A DNA stretch of 63,902 nt from Rhina ancylostomus (Eukaryota), in the NCBI GenBank assembly GCA_030265395.1, contig JARFYF010000053.1:18947619-19011520 (forward strand), in the 5' to 3' direction. The notes beneath the pieces were generated by a model. It was not told where the DNA came from and searched no databases. It worked only from the letters and a program-made list of their open reading frames with translations. The position numbers and the translations under genes were made by a program. Each line of letters opens with the position of its first letter. Within the stretch, counting starts at the first letter, position 1. Of this stretch, positions 26,087 to 39,238 are shown piece after piece.

Positions 26087-26514
26087 GTAATTTCAATGTT
26101 TCTTTTTCCTCAGATAATATTTATTTTTTGTTTTTTTTCATTTCTCAGTAGATGATACAGTTCCAAGTGGATGATTCAGGGAATGCATTTCATGCAGCTC
26201 AGTGATTTATGAAGTTGCTTGTTTGTTCATTCATTTAAGATGGTCTACTTCCTATTGTTATACCTGCTTCAAACATTGTGTGTCAGGAAGTGCAACTTTT
26301 TGCATGGTTGTTACGTTGTGGGGGGTTTACCTTGCACCAGCATGGCAGGAACTGATAGACAGTGAATGTTTGTTCAGGCAGATCCAAATCCTTTACCACT
26401 TTCTAGGCTTGTAGTCATATTACCAATGTTTTATTGTGGAGATAAATCCATTGTATCAATCAACCAAGGCTTTCAAAAGAAACCAGATTGGCAACTGAGG
26501 GAAAATAATGGGTA

Positions 26515-27712
26515 AAGTCAAAGTCAAGGTATTTGTCATATGCACAAGTACATATGTGCACAGGTGCAATGAAAAACTCACGTCCAGAAGCATCACAGGC
26601 ACATAGCATCAGAGAAGCAACATTCACAAGAAAAACAGAAATTAAACATAAATTATGCACTATTTTTACAGAAAACCATGAATTTGAACAAAAAAAAGCG
26701 AAGTCTATTATCGTGCAATGGGATCAGAGTGGGTCATAGTATTGCTAAACTGTCATGGTGATTAGGGTTTTGCTGATTGGTTCAAGAACTGAATGGTTGC
26801 AGGGAAGCAGCTGTTCTTGAACCTGATGGTGCGGGACTTCAGGTTTCTCTACCTCCTGCCCAATCGCAGCTGCAAAAAGATGGCATGACCCAGATGGTGG
26901 GGATCTTTGAGAGTGGATGTTGCCTTCTTCAGGCAGCTCCTCCTGTAGATACTACCAATGGTGGGGAGGGATGTGTCCGTGATGTATTAGGCAGATCTTC
27001 TCTGCAGCTTCTTACATTCCTGAGCATTTGAATAGCCGTATCAGACCATGATGCAACCAGTCAGGATACTTTCAATAGTACATCTGTGGAAGTTTGCTAC
27101 AGTGTTCAATGACATGCTGAACCTCCTTAACCTCCTAAGAAAGTGAAAATGCTGGCGTGCTTTCTTTATGATTGCATCGATGCACTGGACCCAGGACAGG
27201 TCAGCCAATATGTTAACTCCAAGTAATTTAAAGCTACTGACTCTCTCCATCATCAATCCCCCAATGCAGACTGGGGCATGTTCACCCTTCTTCCCCTTCC
27301 TAAAGTCAACAATCAGCTCTTTAGTTTTGCTGGCGTTGAGCAAGAGGTTGTTGTTGCAGCACCAGTTAACCAGGTGTCCTATCTCATCCTGGTAAGCTGA
27401 CTCATCACCACCTGTGATTTGTCCGACAGTAGTGTCATTGACGAATTTGAAGATGGCATTGGAGCTGTGCTTAGCCATGCAGTCATGTGTGTATAGTGAG
27501 TAGAGCAGGAGGCTAAGCACGCAGCCTTGAGGTGCACCTGTGTTGATGATCAATGAGGAGGAGATGTTGTTACCAGTCCTTACTGATTGAGGTCTGCTGA
27601 TGAGGAAGTCGACATTCCAGTTGTAGAGTGAGGTACAGAGGCCCAGGCCCTGAAGCTTGACGATGAGTTTGGATGGGATGATTTTGTTGAACGCCAAGCC
27701 GCAGTTGATTAA
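26515..27712 (-). mobile_element. Rex1/Babar LINE (RT and 3' end)
   Basis: ORF 27041..27853: AFNKIIPSKLIVKL, NTGAPQGCVLSLLLYSLYTHDC, KFVNDTTVGQI, NASKTKELIVDFRK, KKARQHFHFLRRLRRF, CTIESILTGCI. Confidence 0.95.
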
Positions 27713-27737
27713 GAGCAGGAAAAATAATACTGAATGA

Positions 27738-27900
27738 GGAGACATGAGAGAGTACTGATGCTGGAATCTGGAGCAACAAACAATCAGCTGGAGGAACTCA
27801 ACATGCCAGGTGGCATCTGTGGGGAGAAAGGAATTGTCGATATTTTGGGTCAAAACCCTGCTTCAATCCCTTGATCTTCCAGCAGATTATTTTTTGCTTG
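27738..27900. mobile_element. MER6-like Penelope derivative
   Basis: gatgctggaatctggagcaacaaacaatcagctggaggaactca arm with a truncated inverted partner ttccagcagattattttttgct. Confidence 0.65.
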
Positions 27901-28496
27901 GAACTGAAGGAGGAACTAGCTTGCCTCCTCAGGCTGAAAAACCATATAGATTCTGAGTATATGAGTAAAATTTCATTACAGAGTAATAAACGTGTTTAAA
28001 TATTATGTCACCAGATATAAAATGTTACCAATGAATTAAAGAAGATTAATCTCATGCAACAGCCAGTTCTAAATAAACAGGTTAAATATGATCTTTGATT
28101 GACCCTTAGCTTATTTACATAGCAGCAAATGATGAATCATAAACTATAATGCTCCAGCCTTCCAGTTTACCCTTCAGAAATGGAAATTTAGTAACTTTCA
28201 CTTCCATCATTTAACAACTTCTCTCACAATTCCAATATATCCATTTCACTGGGGATTATTCATGAATATCCTTTGGAATTTGAGGTCATACATCAAGTTT
28301 ATGCAATGAATGTAGTTTTTTGAGAGGCACAAGCTTTACAACGCTTATTAACTGGCTTTAGCATGTGATTGTGTCTTGAGGTTGATGCTGTTGATTGTGG
28401 AGAATAAGACAAACTTTCATCATAGTTTCACACTGATTTTCTTTGAGCTAAAACACATCTTTCAGATGCTCAGAGGTGTAGTCGATCAGAGATGAA

Positions 28497-29043
28497 TATA
28501 AGAACATAAGAAAGTAGGAGCAGGAGTTGGTCATACATCCCCTCAAGCCTGCCCCTCCATTGAATATCATGGCTGATCTCCCACAGGCCTCATCTGTTCT
28601 TCTGTACCAGTTTCTTATCACCTTTAATTTCATGATCTTTCAAAAATAATATCTACTTCTTCATTACATACACCTAATGATCCAGGCCCCACAAACCTCC
28701 GAGGTAGAGAATTCCAAAGTTTCACCACCATCCATGAGAAGAAGTTGCATGTAAATCCCCTCATTTGAGATTCTCTCACTCCTGGAAACTGTGCACAGTT
28801 CTCCAGGTGTGGCGTCTGTACAATGGCAACAATACCTCCCTATTTCTAAACTCCAAGCCTCTTACAATGAAGGTCAATTTGCCGTCCTCACCACTTGCTG
28901 CACCTGTCTGCTAGCTTTTCGTGACTTGCGTTCAATAACACCTTGATTCCCCTGTACTTCACCCATCTGCAGTCTTTCTCCATTTAGAAAAAGGTCTCCC
29001 TCCAGATTTCCATTCACAAAGTGCATGGCCTCACACTTTGCCC
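28497..29043 (-). mobile_element. CR1 3' fragment, internally deleted
   Basis: KCEAMHFVNGN...LNGERLQMGEVQGNQGV...KASRQVQQVVRTAN on the reverse strand, with a taagaacataagaa tail. Confidence 0.85.
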
Positions 29044-29259
29044 CAATAAACATGATGAGTTGAATCATAACAGAAATTAGACCGATATAAAACTCCATGA
29101 CGTTGGTTAACACTTTACTCATGCAAGTGACATTTTTGATGCACTTGATCCGATCTCTGTAACTTGGGTTCGTTTTCATGATTGATAAAGCTGACCTGAA
29201 TGTTCGATAATTTGTGAATGCGCAATAAGAATTTCCAATTACATCGCACACTGATGAGG

Positions 29260-29445
29260 CTAAATCATCTTCTGATGCTTCACAGGAGTGTTATCAAATA
29301 AAAAAAGTAGCAAGCCACAAAAGGAGATATGGGGTTGATGATAAAATACTAAGTTAATGATGTAGATTTTATGGAGACCTTAAAGGAGGACAGAGAGCTG
29401 AAGAGGTAGAACAATTATGGGAGAAATTCCAAAGACTGTGGGCCA
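29260..29445 (-). mobile_element. L2 3' tail fragment
   Basis: gcttcacaggagtgttatcaaa...gccacaaaaggagatat...ttaaaggagg...gagaaattccaaag, the reverse-strand WNSLP region. Confidence 0.55.
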
Positions 29446-29539
29446 CACTTTGAAGAAAAACATTAAAACGAAACAACACAATTAAATAGAAAACAAGAAA
29501 TGCTCAACAGGGCAATCAGCACCTTTGGAAAAAGAAACT

Positions 29540-31150
29540 ATGCTGGGGAACTACAGGCCAATGAGCCTAACATCAGTGGTGGGAAAGTTACTGGAAGGGA
29601 TTCTGAGAGACAGGATCTACCTGCATTTGGAAAGAATGAATGGGTATAGTCAACATGGCTCTGTGCATGGGAAATCGTGTCTCATGAATTTGATGAGTCT
29701 TTTGAAGGATTGTCTAAGAGGATGGAAGAGGACAGGGCAGTAAATGTTGATGTGTACTTTTGCAAGGACTTTGACAAGGTCCCCCATGGTAGGCAGATCC
29801 AGAAGGTTTGATCACATTGGATCAAGGGTGAGTTAGCCAATTGGATACAAAATTGGCTCAGAGGAAGGAGCCAGAGGATGATAGTGAAGGATTGTTTTCA
29901 GACTGGAGACTTATGATCAGCAGTTTGCTGCAGAGATTGATGCTGGGCCCACTGTTGTTTGTCACCAACATTAATTTGGATGAGAATGTATTTGGCATGG
30001 TTAGTAAGTTTGTGGATGACACCAAAATTGATGGTATGGTGGACAGTGAAGAAGCTTACCTAAAAACCAACAGTTCAATTGGGAAAGTGGGCCAAGGAAG
30101 GGCAGATGGAATTTAACTTGAATAAATTGCATTTTGGTAAGCTAAACCAGGGCAGGACTTGCACCCTAAATGTCAGGGCCCTGCAGAGTGTTGCAGACAG
30201 AGAGACCTAGAGGTACAAGTACATGGTTCCCTGAAAGTAGTGACAAGTAGACAGAGCTGTGAAGAAGACGTATGGGATATTTTCCTTCATCAGTCAGGGC
30301 ACTGAGTACAAGAGTTGGTACATCATGTTACAAGTGTACAAGACGTTGGTGAGACCACACTTGGACTATTATGTGCAGTTCTGGTTGCCAGGCTATAGGA
30401 AGGATGTCATTAAGCTGGAGCAGGTGCAGAAAAGATTCACAAGGATGTCACTGGGGTCAAGAGGNNNNNNNNNNNNNNNNNNNNNNNNNNNNNNNNNNNN
30501 NNNNNNNNNNNNNNNNNNNNNNNNNNNNNNNNNNNNNNNNNNNNNNNNNNNNNNNNNNNNNNNNAGAAGTATATAAAATTATGCTGGGGCTTTTCTCTTT
30601 AGGAGAGAAGGAGGATGAGAGGTGACTTGATAGAGGTGTACAAGATTTTGAGAGGCATAGATCGAGTGGACAGTCAGAGACTTTTTCCCAATGCGACAAT
30701 GGCTAACACGAGGGGACATGGTTTTAAGGTGATTGGAGGAAGGTATAAGGGGGATGTCGGGGTAAGTTTTTTACACAGAGAGAGGTGGGTGTGTGGAACG
30801 CACTGCCGGCAGAGGTGGTGGGGTCAAGAGGGTTTGAATTACAAGGAAAGGCAGTAAAGGCTGGTGTTTTTTTTCCCCAGAGCCTAGGAGGCTGAGGGGC
30901 CTTCTTAAAGGTAACCTTCTAGAGGTATATAAAATCATGAGAGGCAGAGATAAGTTGAATGGTCACAGTCTTTTTCCCAGGGTAGGGGAGCTTAAAACTA
31001 GTGGGCATACATTTGAGATTAGATGGGAAAGATTTAAAAGGTACCTGAAGGACAACTTTTTCACTCAGAGGGTGGTGGGTATGTGGAACAAGCTTGTCAT
31101 TTGTTAGGCCTCAGTATCTGGTAGCTTGAGAATGACTACCTGAAATGATG
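29540..31150 (+). mobile_element. CR1 ORF2 (RT to near the 3' end) with a second CR1 piece nested around the gap
   Basis: GNYRPMSLTSVVGKLLEGILRDRI, SQHG, KFVDDTKI, YKTLVRPHLDYYVQFW. The RGDLIEVYKI-type segment occurs twice (~30618 and ~30895). Confidence 0.95.
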
Positions 31151-31164
31151 TAGAGGTAAGTCAA

Positions 31165-31770
31165 CTGAGTCATAGAGTCATACAGCACAGAAACAGGTCC
31201 TTTGGCTCTCCATGTCCATGCCAACCATTGTCCTTATTTTAATCATCCCATTTGCCCTCATTAGACCTGTAGCCTTCTGTGCCTTGATTGGTTAAGTGCC
31301 TGTCTAGCTGCCTCTTAAATGTTGTAATTGTATCTGACCTCAAATCCTCCTCAGGCAGCACGTTCCTTTCTAATTTCCTCTCAGCCTCCTCTCTCTCATC
31401 TTAGAATAAGCCCTTTAATGCTGAACATGCCCATTTAACCTATCTATACCTCTCATGATTTTATATATCTCTATCCGGTCATCCACCTCCTTTGCTTAAG
31501 AGAAAGCCAGCCTATCCAATCTTTCCCCATAACTATTGTTCCAACTTTTATATTTTATGCCCTGATCTCTGAAGGCAAGCATACACTTGCCTTCTTCACC
31601 ACCCTGTTCACCTGTGTTGCTACTTTCAGGGAACTATGCATTTGTATCTCAAGGTCTCTCTTTTCATCAACACTGCTTCAGGCCCTATCATTTACTGTAT
31701 ATGTCCAATCCTGATTTGACTGCCCAAAATACATCACTTCACACGTCTAGATTAAATTCCATCAACTGGG
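31165..31770 (-). mobile_element. CR1 3' fragment
   Basis: gagtcatagagtcatacagcacagaaacagg tail and decayed ORF2 on the reverse strand. Confidence 0.8.
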
Positions 31771-33182
31771 TGAGGCTGCGTGTATCTTGTGTGACTCATC
31801 ACACTGAAGTGTTCTATAGTCAAAATTTTTTAAAATCATCTTGTAAAAGATAAAATACCTTCACATCTGCATGGCTACTTTGTCTCATGCCAAATTCAAT
31901 CACTTTGTCTCTTATCAGATTAATTGTTTTGCTTGATTAACACTCTCTGAAAGAGACCAATGCCCAGTTTGAAATGATAATAGTCTTCAGCATCTCCTGC
32001 TTTCAGCAGCATTTTATGGTTTTCAGATTGTTGCTCTTTTGTTCAATTACTTGGCCAGACAATCAGTCTGCTTGCAAGCAATCTGTCTATAATGATTGTA
32101 GATCAGTTTTAATACCTTAAAGAAGCAGGAGTTCTCATCTCAATTCTGAATCTGCAGTGGTGTCATTTTTTTCCACAGAGAGGTCTCTCAAAGGCCAGTG
32201 TCATTTCCCCATGTGAAACATGGGAGAAAATTAATAGTAGCATTCAGAGTAAAAAAGGATGGAGTGTTTTATGCTGAGTGACATTTAGACTCAAAAGTTA
32301 AAAGTGTTAGAGGGTATTACAGAATTTACAGTGGTACTCTTTCATAGATCAGGAGAAACTATTTCTGCTGCTTGAGGAGGCTGGAATTAAGGAATATAAA
32401 ATTTATCACTTGTTTGTGGCACTCACACTATATTGGCAGCAGTATGTTCTATACAGCCTCAAAATATGGTTCCATTGCAGTGGAATTGAATTTTGCAAGC
32501 AGAATGCCATATGTATACACTGCACACTCAGTTAATTATTAATTTTAAATCTGAAATTAATAGATATTAACCAAAGTTATTCAGCGATATGGAATAATAT
32601 TGGTCTTTGAGCTTGGATCATCTATCAGCCATAGTCTAACTGAATGCTGAGTGAAATAAGCTTCAGGGATAAATAGACAAGTTCTTGTTGCTATGCTCTT
32701 ATAGTTCCATTAGATGGAAAAGAAGACTGATTGTACAAGCAGTTAAAGGTGAGAGTTTCTATGAAGAAACTTCAAAGATTATGTGCAACCCTCTGCATAG
32801 TCCTACCATTTTCCTTGGTTCTAAAATCACCATCTTTCAGTTCACCACACTCAACACTCTTCCGCCAGTTTAATGTTCTCTACACAGCATCCATCTGTGA
32901 AGTTGTCATTCTGAATAATACCTGAACATTTAGTTCAGAATTACCCAATGGGACAACACTGAATTCCTACCTGCAGCAGTTTTGACAGCCCTCTCTGACT
33001 TAAAAAAAAGAGAATTGATGGCATTGTCAATACTATTTTTATTGAAATATCTATTGACAAATATTATTTGATAAATTGTATTTGAGAGTGAGCTATATTA
33101 CTTCACATGTTGGAAACAATGCTGCCTTCTGCAAAGGCTGCAAGTGTGAACTAAAAGTGTTATTTTATTGTTCATTCTCCAG

Positions 33183-33286
33183 AATCCAAACCTGAATGCG
33201 TCTAAACTGGCTCAGTTCAAAGAGTTAATGCTAATTTCTTTATCATGCCAATGACTAAGAAATCAAACCCATCTTTCTATATCTTG
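33183..33286 (+). CDS. Candidate exon 3 (ESKPECV* when joined in phase 1; stop at 33203-33205)
   Basis: Strong acceptor ttattttattgttcattctccag| and donor TTG|gtaagt. All three frames contain a stop. Confidence 0.25.
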
Positions 33287-36200
33287 GTAAGTGGGTTGAA
33301 ATCTATCCTTTGTTTTCTGTGGTAAATACGCAATGCAAAGTATATTCCTGGAACTCCACTTCTGCAATCATATTGCATTGAAGTCAAAGGATCCTAATTC
33401 CAGAATGGAGTTCAATTTTCTTGTGTTGTTACACTTCCTATTCAGCATATGAAACAGCCAATATATTTTAACTGACTTCAGATGATAAGGCAATGAAAAT
33501 TATGGAATCACTTCTTTCCCATTTAGGACAAGAAACATTAACTCTGTTTCTTTATCACAGATGCTGCCTGAACTGATGAGTTTCTCTAGCATTTTCAATT
33601 TTTATTATGGAATCAATGGTTTCTTTTAAATGTGATATTCTTCAAAACTCAACGTCATTATAGTAGTTTTATTGCTTTGATTAAATAGTAACATTACAGT
33701 AAATCTTTGCATTTTAAATTAACCCAATGAACTCAAGTTACTTTGTGAAGATCAAAATTTGCAACAACCGCACTGGCAGTTATTTCAATCCTAGGTGATC
33801 AACAGATTTTTCCAATAAACCAGGCAAGTTCTAGCCTGAAATCAATGCAAGTCCATTGTAAGTTTGTAAGAAATTTCTTGGTATATGTGAAAGGAAATAA
33901 TTTCTTGAGAGATTTGCATTTTAGATAAACGTTTGCCTCCTTTATTTCCTAATGTCTTTTACAATGCCCTTATTGTGGTGCTGTGTGTTGTGCATTCATG
34001 AAAAACTAAAAGCTGAGCTATACAGTGTTTGGTCTGATTTGTGATGGACATCAAAAAAATTAGAATTGAAAATAATCTTTGTTTATTGAAAATAACCTTC
34101 TTGAAAGTTACAGCAGTAAAAAAATTTAAAGAACATATTTTGATGTGCTGAAGCAATTATGTTAATATCTCAGCTGTAACTCTTATATGCCATAAGTAGG
34201 AATGCAATTGCTAAAGGTTTATTTTCTAAGTAATATTTTTTGTTTTAAGCTATGTGCACAAAAGTCATAATCTATTGTAATGCTCACATTCAGTGATTCT
34301 TTTCTTTAACCCTTGTCCCACATTCATCGTGTTTCATTGAATAAAAATCCCTGGACTCATTTTAAAGAAGGACCAGATGAATTCCTATTTGAAATGGACC
34401 ATAAGACTATTATGCCTTGAGTTATGATTGAGAAGATGTTGAGAGATTTAGGAGAGTAACATGGATGGACTAACGTCGACATTGTTATATATTGATACTT
34501 GGACAGGCTTAATAAACTGAAATGATTGCCATATTTTACTGTGGGGATGTGGGTTGACGGGGAGTGGGATTTAAACTCGTGCTCCTGAGATTGCAAATTT
34601 AATAGCACAACAATCATACAGTGATGCCATTTAAAGTCTCTGTGCATTATCAAAGTATTTTGGGTAAAATCTAATATACCTACATGTATACATTCAAAAA
34701 CAAATTGTTGTCCGCCAAAGTATGCAATTTTTATGCTTTCATTGTTAATGCTTAGGCAGGAGTTCCAAAAATATTACCAGAGAGTATGTGTATGACATAT
34801 GCATTCAGCTCCCAATTACTTTCTCTTTATAGAATGTAGTCCAGAGTACAACGTTTCAGACTGAATGGATGCTTATTTGATAAAATTACTTAGCATGTAA
34901 CTGTGCCAGACATTCATTGGTAAATCACAATTCTACTTCTTTAGGTCTATCAACTTAATGGACCCTCAGAATTGGTTATTGATTTACAAATATTTACTTA
35001 GAGTTAGGTAATCATCTGAACCTGAGTGATTTTCTCCCTCCACTTGGTCAGCTCACATAGTTGGGTAATTTCTGAAGAGACGGAGTGATTCCTTGGCTTT
35101 TGTTTCCAATTTAAATGATGTATTTTTCTTTGCAAGATAATGTAAACATGCACTCTTAGCAACTTTATTTCTGTTTTATAAGCAGACATGCTTTTTTGAC
35201 AAAATTATTGAAAATATTCCAAATAGTGTTTGAAGTTTTGTGTAGATTTTTCTACAGGTTTAAAACAAAAACAGACTTTAGTTCTGCACCATTGAACATT
35301 TACTTATTTAAAAATGTTAAAGACACTGGCCTAGAATTGTAGTGCACCATCGTGGACACATTATGTGGTCTTTCTGTCCACCATTTCTGTCATGATCCAA
35401 CAGTTGCAAACTTCAATAGCCCAAGGTTGAAGGCCACAGATGGGGATGGGAGAGAGGGCTGGCAGTGGGAGCACCAGTCAGAGTCTGGCAATTGAGGTTT
35501 GGAGCAGGTCAGCAATCAGCATGGGTCTGAGCAGGAGTTGGGGAGGGGTATTGTGGGTACATGAGGGGAGGTGGAGATCAGAGAAGAATCGGGGCGATGA
35601 AGATTGGGGCATCCATAGGGAGCTTCAGGGAATTAGAAGATTGTAGTCCTGAGGCATCAGGGTCATTGAAAAGCCAGGTGAGTATGGGTTTGGGAACTGG
35701 ACATGGTCATGGTCTAGGCTTCTAAATGTTTGAGGAAAAGGATCACTTTGCACATATCTGATGTCTAAATCATGTCAGATGTGCAAACGTTACTTATGGA
35801 AAGTATTAGATCAAATTTCTAGAGCAAAGTGAAACAACATCAGGAAATAGTTGATACCATGTTTCTGGCCACCTGAAATTCATTTGCAATCACATGGTAC
35901 TAAAATAAACAACCATTTCACTACCAGGGTTTCTGAGTCACTATGCCTTCACATTGAATTGTTGCAATGAATTGTTTGGGACGTTTCTTGTCGGCTTAGA
36001 AATTAATTCACAATGACTATGGAGGAGGAAATTCTGTCTGCCGGAGCTGAATTAACCAATGATAAAAGGGGAAGCAGCTCTCCTGGAATTTTGATGTATA
36101 AAAAGCTTGTTAATGCTTGTATCCAAGTTCCCTGGAAACAGAATCAAGCTAGACTGAAGATCAATGCATGTTACTATTCTTAACACTCACATGAAAGTAC

Positions 36201-36769
36201 TTAGGCAACATGCAGGCTATTATAATGATATATCTTTGATATTGAGTTGGTGTTTGCAGGAGATTATGGGAATAAAATGTCGAAGAAAGGGAAGGTAGGG
36301 CAGAATTGTACTTCAGATACTTCTAAAACAACAAGGTAAAAGAGGTGGCTTTGGGCGTCACATTTAATAGCTTGTCTGTCAAATCCTCAAAACATTAAGT
36401 ACCATTGTGTTTTATTTTGTACACTGTTGAATGTTTTCATATAGCAAAAGATCAAAGAACATATTAAAGATTTTCATGGTCACAGAACTGTATAAAGCTA
36501 GTCTGAAACAAACAGCCAGAATGTTATTTTAACTTTTGAAGAACTCACTTGTTTTGCTAATTTCACACCACACTTCCTGCTGGAAAAATAGGTGATGCCA
36601 ATGCCTGGGAAACTCCTGTACAGTCATATGGGCGAAAATGGTACATTCTCAGTCAAGAATATTTGTAAAACAATAAACATAGTAGAATTTCCTGGAGGGG
36701 GATTTGGCTCTTGTTTACAAAATGACTACTTTTCATGTTTGATGGGCTTATGTTATTAATTCACAATGA

Positions 36770-37035
36770 CAATCGAAGGGGAAATTTTGCAGGGCAAATT
36801 TTTATCACAGAAAGTGGTAGGTGCTTGGAGCAGGCTGCCAAGGGAAAGGGTAGAACCAGGTACAATTACAAACTTTAAGAGGCATTTAAATGGATAAAAG
36901 AATAGGCTGGGAATTGAGGGATGTAGACCATGTGCAGGCAGATGCATAGTTTAGATTGACATTATCGTCAGTGCGGACATAGTGAACCAAAGGACCTGTT
37001 CCTGTACTGTTCTCTGTTTTCTGTTCTATTCTATG
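36770..37035 (+). mobile_element. CR1 3' end
   Basis: QKVVGAWSRLP...TNFKRHLNG and a ttctgttctattctatg tail. Confidence 0.8.
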
Positions 37036-37769
37036 ACAAAGAAATTGGTTTTAAGGTGCATCTTAAAATGAAAAAGACAGTCAAGGCAGGGAGATTTAGG
37101 GAGAGAATTCCAAAGCTTGGCAAAATCCTACACTTTAAGAGGCCAAAAATGAAGGTGTACAGATCGCTAGGACAATGAGAAAATTGGATGTGAAAATAAA
37201 ATGTTAGTAAATTGAATCAGAGTAGCTGTTTTGTTGGCTCCCCTAAATGAGCTGCTAATATTGGGATCCTCAACCATAGGCTTTGAATGTACATTTATCT
37301 GGACAGGCATGAGCAAATGTTAGTCTAATATCAGATTAGGGTACAATATCCAGAAAATTTGATTGTGGTACTGCTGGCATCAAGCAGCATTAAGACAACT
37401 GAGGGAGAGTCTTGAAAAGTTAATAGGCTGGCCTGTCTTGTGCATTTGATTGCATGAGGGAGAACAAACGTTTCATAATGTCTTTAATTTGTAGTTCTGG
37501 CACCAAGCAGCTTTATATTTATCCAATTTGGGCTTACATATCGTCCAGGCCCTTATCCATGAAGAACTCGATTGAAGTATCCAAACTCATTTCATATTGA
37601 CACTTTAGAGTTGGCAAACAGATGTGACTTTTATTTCATTATGTTTGATGCCAATTAAAACTTGCAAAAATGAGAGTGCAGTGGTCTGATTTATAACACT
37701 TGGTATTAATTTATTAAAGTGGTTACCAGTCTATACACTGAATGCTCTTTACAAAGATTGTTTGGATGT

Positions 37770-38935
37770 TGGATTGGGAGCAATATAATAGCATGAAATA
37801 GGGATGGATTAACAGTTAGTCAGTAGCCAGTAAGAATATCTGGGTCTGTTTTGGGATGACAGTGTGCAACTAATAGAACAGCTATAATAATCCATATCAA
37901 TATCTTAGATCACAAGATAGTTTAAAAACTGTTTGATGGGTTTTTTCAGCATTTTATAGTATTACTTTATATCATATATATATCCATATCATATATATCC
38001 AAGCTTGCTGGTGATTCAAAGCTGGGAAAAAAAGTAAGCAAGATGATAACTCAAAGTAAGCAAATGATAACTGCTGCAGTGGGATATGGATCAACTAATT
38101 GATTGGGCAAGAAGATGGATGATAACATGGGAAAGTATGGAATTATTCACTTTAAAAGAAGAAAAGGAAATGGAAATGGTGAGAGACTTGCTGGCATCCA
38201 AAGGCACTTGGAGATTTTTTGCACAAGCTTCTTCTCCTCTGACATCAGATTTCTGAATGGTCCATGAACCCTTGAACACTACCTCATTATTCTTCTTTTG
38301 CACTATTTATTAATTTTTGTAACTGATGGTAATTTTTACATCTTTATGCCTTGCACTGTACTGCTGCTGCAAAACAATAAATTTCACGACATATGACAGT
38401 GATAATAAATCTGATTCTGATTCAAATCACAGAAAGTTAATATGCAAACACTTAGGAAGGCAAATGGTATTCAGTGCAAGGGTTGTTAATGTTATAAAGA
38501 CACCAAACTTTTATCTCATTCAGCTGGATGAGCAAGGCAACAGCAAGGCAAAACAGATATCTTGGTACAAATTTGATTTATTTACTTGGCTTAAAAGAGA
38601 TACACCCCACATTTTCACAAAATTGGTTTCTAGAATAAGGGGGCTGACTAAGGGTGAAAAGGTTGTGTTGAATAAGCAAAATACATCCTATGAAGAAAGG
38701 CTGAGTAGGAAGGATCTATATTATCCAGAACTTAGAAAAAGAACAGGATATTTTACAGACATATACACAGTTCTTAGACAACTTGACAGCGTAGGTGCAA
38801 GTGGCTGATTCCTCTGAGTAGAAAAGGCTAGAGCTAGGGTCACGAACTTGTGATAAGGGGTCTGCTTTTAATGACTGGAATGAAAGGAGCTTTTCTCAGC
38901 AATGAATCTTTAAACTTAGCCTCTTTGAGGTCTGA
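37770..38935 (+). mobile_element. Very decayed CR1 with a nested Rex1/Babar tail (~38230-38422)
   Basis: ISKLAGDSKLG and SYEERLSRKDLYYPELRKRTGYFTDIY remnants. The nested tail ends gataataaatctgattctgattc. Confidence 0.6.
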
Positions 38936-39007
38936 ATGGTCTGCTGATGATGGATGCCAGTGGGCTTGGATTCTAGAACAATCAAGGTATTTGGGGGGGA
39001 AGGGGGG

Positions 39008-39238
39008 TGTCACAATGTTGATCTGGAGCAAACTCACAGAGAACCCAAATGCGGCACACTGATACAAGACTGGAGTCAGGATANNNNNNNNNNNNNNNNN
39101 NNNNNNNNNNNNNNNNNNNNNNNNNNNNNNNNNNNNNNNNNNNNNNNNNNNNNNNNNNNNNNNNNNNNNNNNNNNNNNNNNNNGGACAACAAGGCATTAA
39201 TGGAGCCAAATTGAGGGCCAGAACTCAGAACCATGACA
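39008..39238 (-). mobile_element. Solo LTR (probably Ty3/Gypsy) with TGTCA...TGACA termini and a GGGGG target-site duplication
   Basis: Starts tgtcac (39008), ends catgaca (39238), and has G-runs on both sides. An oppositely oriented second copy starts at 61558. Contains a 100-N gap. Confidence 0.75.

Noticed and set aside
29052-29254. Box C (ATGATGA) and box D (CTGA) snoRNA-like arrangement
   Set aside because: No terminal stem or K-turn with any of the three CTGA candidates, and it is too long for a typical C/D snoRNA.
34313-34420. LRR-cap-like LSHIHRVSLNKNPW peptide
   Set aside because: Lacks the following CxC, is bounded by stops and has no splice sites.
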